From Verrucomicrobiales bacterium (GTDB lineage Bacteria > Verrucomicrobiota > Verrucomicrobiia > Verrucomicrobiales > V1-33), in NCBI GenBank assembly GCA_031411295.1, contig JANOAV010000044.1:1-64000 (forward strand): 64,000 bases of DNA. The letters are read 5' to 3'. This document shows, piece by piece, positions 56,975 to 64,000 of this stretch. The translations under genes and the position numbers were made by a program. Position 1 is the stretch's first letter, and the number at the start of each line of letters is the position of its first letter. Below the pieces are notes generated by a model. That model was not told where the DNA came from, made no database searches, and saw nothing but the letters and a program-made list of their open reading frames with translations.

Positions 56975-58800
56975 AAACCATCCCTGAATCCACCACTGTC
57001 ATCGACACCTCGAAAATGTCCACCGGCCAACGCGCGGCGTTGGAAACTGCCGAGGCAGCACGTGAAAGCATCAGCGGACGCAGCTTTGCGGCATCGCTCT
57101 TTCTGGGCCGACCCAATTTCGCCAAAGCGATGATTTTTCCCACGCAATCATTGGAAGATCGCGATCAAGGGGACGCGTTCCTAACGCGCCTTGAAGGCAT
57201 CCTCCAAACGGCCGATCCTGACATGATTGATCGCGAGGGCGAAATCCCAGATCACGTGCTGCAAGGACTGGCGGGCATCGGGGCCTTTGGCATCAAGATC
57301 CCTCGCTGCTACGGCGGACTGGGACTCTCACAAACCAACTACAGCCGGGCCGCCATGCGCCTGGGTGCCTTCTGTGGCAATCTCACTGCCCTGCTCTCCG
57401 CGCACCAATCCATCGGCGTGCCCCAACCGCTGTTAATGTTCGGCACGTCAGAGCAAAAGCAACAATTTCTGCCACGCTGTGCCGCAGGGGAAATCAGCGC
57501 CTTTGCGCTTACAGAGCCCGATGTCGGCAGCGATCCCGCCCGCATGAAGACCACTGCCATTCCCACGGAAGATGGATCTGCGTTTCTCATCAATGGCGAG
57601 AAACTCTGGTGCACCAACGGCACCAAGGCTGGCCTGCTGGTCGTCATGGCCCGCACGCCAGCCTCGGATACGGACTTGGCCAGTGGCAAGACGCCCATCA
57701 CCGCGTTTATTGTGGAAGCCAACTCACCGGGACTCAAAATCGTGCGGCGTTGTCGTTTCATGGGCCTGCGGGCGCTTTACAATGCGGTTATTGAGTTTCG
57801 TGACGTCCGGGTGCCACGAGAGAATATTGTGCTAGGCGAAGGCAAGGGCCTCCGCGTGGCGCTGAGCACCTTGAACATCGGCCGCATCACCCTGCCCGCT
57901 GCCTGTGCCGGGGCCGCGCGACGCTGTTTGGAAATCGCCACCCGCTGGGCCAGCCAGCGCGAACAATGGGGTGCCCGCATCGGAGATCACGCGGCCATTG
58001 CGGGGAAAATCGCCCGCATGTCCGCGCACACCTTCGCGATGGAGAGCTTGGTTTACTACGTTAGCGCACTGGCGGAACAAAAAGCGGACGTCCGCCTGGA
58101 AGCCGCTCTCGCCAAGCTTTGGGGCACCGAGCGCGCCTGGGAGATCGTCAATGACACCATGCAAATCCGCGGTGGCCGTGGCTACGAAACTGCCGACAGT
58201 CTCCGCGCCCGAGGCGAAGCCCCGGAACCCGTGGAGCGTTTCCTACGCGATGCCCGCATCAACACCATCTTCGAAGGCAGCAGCGAAATCATGCGTCTGT
58301 TCATCGCCCGGGAAGCTCTCGATCCCCATCTGCAAGCTGGAGCTCCGTTGCTGGATACTCGCTTGCCGTGGAAACAACGCCTGGCCGCCGTGCCTGCGGC
58401 AGTGAAATTTTACCTACCTCATCTCGCCAGTATTTTCTTTCCCTACCAAGGCATTCCCGAGGTCGGCCCCTTCCGTGCCGAAGCCCGCAAGATCGCCAAA
58501 CTCAGCCGTCGCCTAGCCCGCGCCATGCTTATGGCCCTGGCGAAATTCGGCCCCAAACTCGACCGTCAACAACTCGTGTTAGCCCGACTCGTCGATGCCG
58601 CCGCCGAACTCCTCGCAGCCACTGCCAGCATTGCCCACGGCAAATATTTGCTGGAAACCAAGGAGGAGGAATCCACGCTCCCAACCGTCAAACACCTCTG
58701 CCATCTGGCCTTCCAAAAGGCCGAAGAGTTGCTGCAACACCCCACGCTCCCGAGTGATGGCGAGGGATACAAACTGGCGCAGGGGTTACTGCGGGGGTGA
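56971..58800 (+). CDS. Acyl-CoA dehydrogenase (VLCAD-like)
   Basis: YGGLGL, SAHQSIG, FALTEPDVGSD, NGEKLWCTNG, QIRGGRGYE, RDARINTIFEGSSEI. Confidence 0.93.
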   Translation: MKTIPESTTVIDTSKMSTGQRAALETAEAARESISGRSFAASLFLGRPNFAKAMIFPTQSLEDRDQGDAFLTRLEGILQTADPDMIDREGEIPDHVLQGLAGIGAFGIKIPRCYGGLGLSQTNYSRAAMRLGAFCGNLTALLSAHQSIGVPQPLLMFGTSEQKQQFLPRCAAGEISAFALTEPDVGSDPARMKTTAIPTEDGSAFLINGEKLWCTNGTKAGLLVVMARTPASDTDLASGKTPITAFIVEANSPGLKIVRRCRFMGLRALYNAVIEFRDVRVPRENIVLGEGKGLRVALSTLNIGRITLPAACAGAARRCLEIATRWASQREQWGARIGDHAAIAGKIARMSAHTFAMESLVYYVSALAEQKADVRLEAALAKLWGTERAWEIVNDTMQIRGGRGYETADSLRARGEAPEPVERFLRDARINTIFEGSSEIMRLFIAREALDPHLQAGAPLLDTRLPWKQRLAAVPAAVKFYLPHLASIFFPYQGIPEVGPFRAEARKIAKLSRRLARAMLMALAKFGPKLDRQQLVLARLVDAAAELLAATASIAHGKYLLETKEEESTLPTVKHLCHLAFQKAEELLQHPTLPSDGEGYKLAQGLLRG

Positions 58801-58918
58801 ACAATAAAGCGAGGGATTCGATCTTGGCATCGCGAACAAATTTTCTACCAAAGTTGCAATTTGGGTCTCGACCCTGCCCAAGGAATACAGCAAAACTGAG
58901 GACAAAGAAAAGTAAACC

Positions 58919-60322
58919 ATGCCTCAACAAACATTTCCAATCCTACTCCTGCGCCTTTGCGCCATCATCGTCACCAGCTTCAGTCAAATGATTGCCGCAG
59001 AGCGTCCCAACGTCCTGCTCATCATGGCTGATGACCTGCGCGACTACGGTGGGGCATTTACGCGTGAGGCGGTCAAGACGCCGAACTTGGATCGCCTGCG
59101 GGCCCGCGGGACCACCTTCGAGCGAGCCTATGTGCAATACCCAGTCTGCAACCCCAGTCGTTGTTCCATGCTGACGGGGCTGCGGGCCGAGCAAACGGGC
59201 ATCGTCGGCAACGACCTCAAACTGCGCGCGAAGCAGCCCGACATCATCACCCTGCCACAACTTTGCAAAACCGCTGGATGGCAGTCGCATGCCTTCGGCA
59301 AAATTTATCATCTCGGGGGAGGCAAAGACCCAGAAGCCAAACAGGCGTGGATGGACTCCGGAAAATCCTGGCACACGGCGCAAGCATTTGAAGCCACCAA
59401 GGCAGGGAAGCAAATGCTCGCTGGACGGAATGTTACTGGCGGCTCTCTCAACTGGTGCCAGTGGGGAGCCGCCGATGGCACTGATGACGACCAACCTGAC
59501 GGCCAAATCGCTGCGGCCACAGTGGCCATGATTGAGAAGCTTGGTGATGCGCCATGGTTCATCGGCTGTGGATTCATGAAACCGCATGATCCCTTCATTG
59601 CCCCCAAGAAATATTTTGATCAGTATCCCCCAGAGTCCGTTAAGCCTTGGCGTGATCCGACTGACATGTCTCCGGCTCCCAAGGAAGCTGTGGGATTTGG
59701 CGCTTATGGTGAGGCCTTCGGCAAGTTTTCCGAGAAAGAATGGGGTGAGTTGTTCCGCGCTTATTGTGCCGCCACGACTTTCATGGACGCCCAACTCGGA
59801 CGAGTGTTGGATGCGCTGGATAAAGGCAAGCTTTGGGATAAGACGCTCGTCATTTTCGTGGGTGACCACGGCTACCACACAGGCGAGCGGCATTGGTGGA
59901 ATAAGAACACGTTGTTCGAGCGCGCTTGTCGCGCCCCGCTGATCATTGCGGCACCGAAGATGAAGGGCGCGCAAGTTAGTAAATCCCTCGTCGAGTTCGT
60001 GGATCTTTACCCCACCGTCACTGACTTCTGTGGCCTGCAACCGCCCCACGCCACCGCCGGAGTGAGTTTGCGTCCGGTATTGGTAAAGCCAGATGCACTT
60101 CTGAAACAGGCCGCCTTCACACTTGTCACTCGGGGGCCGAAACTTTATGGGCAAAGCGTGCGCACTGCGCGCTGGCGATTCACGCGTTGGAGCGATGGTC
60201 AGTCAGAACTCTATGATCACGATCAGGACCCTGAGGAACTGCACAATGTTGCCGACCAACATCCTAGCATTATCAACGAACTCACCCTGCACGTGCAAAC
60301 CCTGCCGAAACTTAAACTATGA
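58919..60322 (+). CDS. Sulfatase (iduronate-2-sulfatase-like)
   Basis: PNVLLIMADDLR, TPNLD, CNPSR, GKIYH, KPHDP, GDHGY. Confidence 0.93.
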   Translation: MPQQTFPILLLRLCAIIVTSFSQMIAAERPNVLLIMADDLRDYGGAFTREAVKTPNLDRLRARGTTFERAYVQYPVCNPSRCSMLTGLRAEQTGIVGNDLKLRAKQPDIITLPQLCKTAGWQSHAFGKIYHLGGGKDPEAKQAWMDSGKSWHTAQAFEATKAGKQMLAGRNVTGGSLNWCQWGAADGTDDDQPDGQIAAATVAMIEKLGDAPWFIGCGFMKPHDPFIAPKKYFDQYPPESVKPWRDPTDMSPAPKEAVGFGAYGEAFGKFSEKEWGELFRAYCAATTFMDAQLGRVLDALDKGKLWDKTLVIFVGDHGYHTGERHWWNKNTLFERACRAPLIIAAPKMKGAQVSKSLVEFVDLYPTVTDFCGLQPPHATAGVSLRPVLVKPDALLKQAAFTLVTRGPKLYGQSVRTARWRFTRWSDGQSELYDHDQDPEELHNVADQHPSIINELTLHVQTLPKLKL

Positions 60323-63021
60323 AGTGCACGATCACACTCATTACCGGCCTGCTCGCGCCGCTGGCCGCGCTGCACGCAGCCGACAACGCCAGGAAGTCCG
60401 GCCAGGAAAACGGGTCGCCCGTTCACAAAAATGGTCCCGGGACGATCAACCGCGATGGCGATGCGGTCGAGTTGGGCAACGGTTTGGTGAAAGCGCGGTG
60501 CGAACCGCAGGCTGGCGCGGTCCGGCAAAGATTCTTCGCCCGTCGGGAGGGGGGCTGGGTCTTGGTGGCCGAGTCCTTTCGCCCGCCCCGTCCGTTTCCC
60601 GAAGGCGGCAACAAGCTCTTCCAAAGCGATGCCGCCGCGGCGCGCTGGCTCGTCAGCGAGGTTTTGACGAACGTCGAAGCAGCCACCGCAGCGGATGGCA
60701 CGCCGCTCATCCGACTCAGCGGGCTGCAACGGGAGGCTTCCGTGGAGCAAACGATCCGTTTGCCATCAAGCGGACGGAATTTCCATATCGAAGTCTCCGC
60801 CCGCATCCCCGGCACCGCCCCGAAGCTCGACTACCTGCTCTCGACCTTCACCTTCGAATTGGATCGCGTGCCGGAGTTCGTCCACACGCCGACGCTCAAA
60901 TACACCGAGCCGCGCTGGCCCGGCGCGGGTCGCGATCAGGTGCTCGGGGACCGCTCCTTCCACGCTCCGGCGGTAATCCTCCAGGATGCGGGGCTCTTCG
61001 CCGCCCTCGTGCCCGACCTCGCGGCAATCAACGCCTATCGCGTCGTCTCGCCAGATGCGCGTCGCACGATGAATGTGCCGCGAAACCAATTCTCGGTTCC
61101 CGTAGAACCAGACAAATACACCATGCCAACTGCGCTGGACCTGAATGCCGCCTCCGGCCTCACCGCAAAGCGAATTATGTCCTTCGGCATGATGGATAAC
61201 GTCGTCTCGCACCATGTTCGGTATTTGCGGTCGAATGATGGCGCGATGGCCCGCACGTTGGCGCAGTCGGATGTGCGTTACGCATTCGATATTTTCGTTA
61301 GTGCCGATGCGCCTGCGCAGCGCGGCTATCAGGACATCACACGGTTTCAGTGGGAGCGTTACGGTCACAAAGTTTTTGCCGAACGACCACATCTGGCGAT
61401 GCCCTTTGCCGAGTATGTGCGCGTCACCACCGCAGCGAACCTCAAGCCACTCGGCAAGGTGCATCCGCCCGTGGCCGGCGTGCCCGACACCGGTTCGTTC
61501 CTTTCTTTCGACCTGCAAGGGCAGCCCGTGGGCGGCTATGGCAGCCCGGTTCCCTCCATGCACGACATGTTGAGCAATAGCGAATTCTGGAACAACGTCC
61601 GGGATGCCGTGGGGATGTATGAATGGGGCAAACGCTGCGGCAATGCACAGTTCGTGGACATGGCACAACGCACCATCAACCTCGCGTTGCTCGCGCCACA
61701 GGATGCGCGCGGCATGTTCCCGCTGAACTACCGGGTCGGTTCGGGAAAGTGGGTGAAGTCGATGTTCACCGCCGCGCCGGGCAAACCGTCGCAACTCTTC
61801 TCCGCCGTGAATGACGAGGGCGACACCTACGACGTGGTGGCCATGAGCCGCACCGCAGCCCACCTGCTGAATTACTACCAGCGCTGTGGGCAGGACGCGC
61901 GCATCTTGGACTTTGCGACCCGATACGCGGATGGCTTGCTGCTGCTGGTGGATGCCGAGGGTGCCGTGCCCTCGTATGTCTCGGCCACCAACCACACGCC
62001 CTACGCTCCACTCGCCCGCAGCGCTCAGGACGCCACCACCATGCAGTTCCTGGCCGAACTTTCCCGCATCACCAAACAACCGCGCTATCTTGAAGCCGCG
62101 CGACGCATCGGTGACCGGCTGATCCGCGAAGTCCTACCGAACCAATTGTGGAAGGATCTCGAGCAATACTACTCCTGCGGTGCCAAACCGCTGGACTTCG
62201 CTGGCGACACCGAACAGGGCCAGCCCGCGCAGGGTAACCTCTCGACTTATTGGGCGGCCGATGGTTTCGCGGCGCTCTACCGCGCCACCGAGGACAAACG
62301 ATACCTCGACGCCGGCGAGCGCTGCGTGGACTACCTCACGTTCAGCCAGTGCTGCTGGGAGCCGCATTTCATCTACACCGCGTTTCCCTTCGGCGGCATC
62401 ACCGCGGACAACGCCGACACCGCAAATTTCCTGGACGCGCGCCAGTGTGAAGCGGTCGCGCCGCTGGCGTGGTATGGGCGCACGCTGGGCCGGCAGGATT
62501 TGCTGGAGCGGGCCGTCGCCGCCGCGCGCTCGTCGGTGGTGCTCATCAACCATCCGCGTCACCAGGGCGCGAACAACATCTACCGGCACACAAACCTTTA
62601 CCCGGTCGGGCTTGGCCCGGAGAACATTGACCACGAAGGCCACCCGCAATCCGCCATGCGCACCCACCCAAGCTGGGGCGAAGCCTCGGGAGTGTTCACC
62701 GGTTTGGCCGAAGCCCTCGCGCAACTGGGCGGCGCGTATGTGGACCTGGAGCGGAAGCTCGCCGTCGGTGTTGACGGGCTGCGCATTGACTCGGCTGCGC
62801 TCGACGGCCGGAGCCTCGGACTCGCCGTTGTCGCGTCGCTCGCCAAACTGTCACAACCTTGGGATCAAGCCTACCAAACGGAACTGCGCGTCGTGGGATT
62901 GAAGCCGGGGAAATACCAACTGGTGATCAACGATGAACCGGCGGTCGAAATGACCGCGGAAGAGCTAAGCCACTGTTCGCTGACCGTGCCACCCGATGGA
63001 AAGGTGCGGGCAGGACGATGA
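60319..63021 (+). CDS. Large secreted hypothetical protein, probable (alpha/alpha)6 glycoside hydrolase/lyase-like fold
   Basis: LLAPLAALHAA signal; C-terminal helices 'LAELSRITKQPRYLEAA' and 'LYRATEDKRYLDAG' typical of six-hairpin toroids. Confidence 0.65.
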   Translation: MKCTITLITGLLAPLAALHAADNARKSGQENGSPVHKNGPGTINRDGDAVELGNGLVKARCEPQAGAVRQRFFARREGGWVLVAESFRPPRPFPEGGNKLFQSDAAAARWLVSEVLTNVEAATAADGTPLIRLSGLQREASVEQTIRLPSSGRNFHIEVSARIPGTAPKLDYLLSTFTFELDRVPEFVHTPTLKYTEPRWPGAGRDQVLGDRSFHAPAVILQDAGLFAALVPDLAAINAYRVVSPDARRTMNVPRNQFSVPVEPDKYTMPTALDLNAASGLTAKRIMSFGMMDNVVSHHVRYLRSNDGAMARTLAQSDVRYAFDIFVSADAPAQRGYQDITRFQWERYGHKVFAERPHLAMPFAEYVRVTTAANLKPLGKVHPPVAGVPDTGSFLSFDLQGQPVGGYGSPVPSMHDMLSNSEFWNNVRDAVGMYEWGKRCGNAQFVDMAQRTINLALLAPQDARGMFPLNYRVGSGKWVKSMFTAAPGKPSQLFSAVNDEGDTYDVVAMSRTAAHLLNYYQRCGQDARILDFATRYADGLLLLVDAEGAVPSYVSATNHTPYAPLARSAQDATTMQFLAELSRITKQPRYLEAARRIGDRLIREVLPNQLWKDLEQYYSCGAKPLDFAGDTEQGQPAQGNLSTYWAADGFAALYRATEDKRYLDAGERCVDYLTFSQCCWEPHFIYTAFPFGGITADNADTANFLDARQCEAVAPLAWYGRTLGRQDLLERAVAAARSSVVLINHPRHQGANNIYRHTNLYPVGLGPENIDHEGHPQSAMRTHPSWGEASGVFTGLAEALAQLGGAYVDLERKLAVGVDGLRIDSAALDGRSLGLAVVASLAKLSQPWDQAYQTELRVVGLKPGKYQLVINDEPAVEMTAEELSHCSLTVPPDGKVRAGR

Positions 63022-63083
63022 GCACGCACTCTCCTTTCGGGGAAACCCCATACAGCGTGAAATACATCAACCAAAAAAAACAC

Positions 63084-64000
63084 ATGAATAGGCTCGTATT
63101 CCTAACTTATCTCACAGCTCTGCTCCTTGCGCCGCTGGCTGCGCTGGCAGCCTCCGACTCACTACAGCCTGCCTCGGCGGCAAAGCCGAACATTGTCTTC
63201 ATCCTCATCAATGACATGCCGTGGTTCGGCACGCCGGTGCGGATGGAGGCGGACAATCCGGCCTCGGCCATGGCTTTTAGGAACATGCCCAATGTCCAGA
63301 AACTGGCCGCCCAAGGCATGACCTTCCGCAATGCGCGGGCTGCCGCTGGGATGTGCGCCCCCTCGCGCTGCTCCCTCATGACCGGGATGATGACGGCGCA
63401 TCACCTCTACAGCGGCAATGGTGGATTTGGAGAGAAGACGGATGGCACCGTCAAATACATGTCCCGCAAAGCAGATGCCACGCTGCCACTGCTCTATCCG
63501 GAACCGCAGGGCAACATTCGGTTTCCGTCCATTGGCGAGGTGTTGAAAACCTCGGGTTACGCCACGGCCCACTTTGGTAAATGGCATCTCTATGGCGGCG
63601 GTCCTGAAAAACACGGCTTCGACGAAAGTGATGGTGAAACCGACAACAAAACTTTCCGCCCGAATGACCCGGTGATCGGAAAGAAGACTGATACTTCCGA
63701 AGATCCGAAGTTCATCTTCAGTATTACCAAGCGCAGTGTGGACTTCATGGAACGCCAGACCAAGGCGGGCAAACCTTTCTTTGTGCAACTTTCCCACTAT
63801 GCGACACATGCCGCCTATCAGGCCCGCAAGGCCACGTTGGAGAAAAACGAAAAGAACCCGGTGTTCGCGAAGATCGAGAGCAAACGCGAGCGGGCGAATG
63901 CCATTCTTTGCGCAGCCATGGCCGAAGACCTCGATACCTCCATCGGCATGGTGATGGCAAAGTTGGATGAACTGGGCATTGCCCAGAACACGATCGTCGT
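63084..64000 (+). CDS. Sulfatase (partial, runs off the window)
   Basis: My translation: MNRLVFLTYLTALLLAPLAALAA..KPNIVFILINDMPW..MCAPSRCSLMTG..GYATAHFGKWHL. Not in the ORF track because there is no stop in the window. Confidence 0.92.
   Translation, partial: MNRLVFLTYLTALLLAPLAALAASDSLQPASAAKPNIVFILINDMPWFGTPVRMEADNPASAMAFRNMPNVQKLAAQGMTFRNARAAAGMCAPSRCSLMTGMMTAHHLYSGNGGFGEKTDGTVKYMSRKADATLPLLYPEPQGNIRFPSIGEVLKTSGYATAHFGKWHLYGGGPEKHGFDESDGETDNKTFRPNDPVIGKKTDTSEDPKFIFSITKRSVDFMERQTKAGKPFFVQLSHYATHAAYQARKATLEKNEKNPVFAKIESKRERANAILCAAMAEDLDTSIGMVMAKLDELGIAQNTIV

Noticed and set aside
1..64000. CRISPR array, tRNA/rRNA, integrase or transposase
   Set aside because: No regularly spaced repeat-spacer array, RNA-gene signature or recombinase motif was found by reading.

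Overview
64 kb of bacterial chromosome, most likely Verrucomicrobiota, judging from the PEP-CTERM/exosortase genes, a giant autotransporter-repeat protein, the DUF1592/DUF1552 pair, sulfatases with an 'LLAPLAAL' signal, and GT[AG]G-headed REPs. Left to right: (1) 0.3-17.8 kb holds a membrane Ser/Thr kinase (FGE-sulfatase-like ectodomain) divergent from an ECF sigma factor, followed by two giant surface proteins (a PKD/Ig-repeat protein and a 2.7-kaa autotransporter-repeat PEP-CTERM protein). The kinase and both surface genes share an identically spaced bipartite upstream motif, GACATA-N8-CGGSC-GGGGTAAAG, which is probably the cognate ECF promoter and would define a compact regulon. (2) 17.9-32.4 kb holds folA-msrB-folP, an NlpC/P60 protein, a CarH-like B12 photoreceptor divergent from a fatty-acid desaturase (with CarH-type 11-bp operator repeats between them), cvfB, two peptidases, a TPR protein plus exosortase, and a pyruvyltransferase. 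(3) 32.5-37.8 kb is an AT-richer orphan Rhs toxin-immunity array: one restriction-endonuclease-fold toxin and one toxin resembling Bacillus Tgl transglutaminase, with repeated promoter-like linkers and a REP-carrying MITE inserted in frame. (4) 37.8-50.8 kb holds DUF1552/DUF1592, an NRAMP-related transporter, thiG, sucC and a Fic protein. (5) 51-58.8 kb is a patatin / PaaK-like ligase / thiolase / FadJ / acyl-CoA dehydrogenase operon, with a REP inserted in frame in FadJ. (6) 58.9-64 kb is a sulfatase cluster. No rRNA, tRNA, CRISPR array, reverse transcriptase or transposase was seen. All family calls come from motifs read by eye; no database searches were run.
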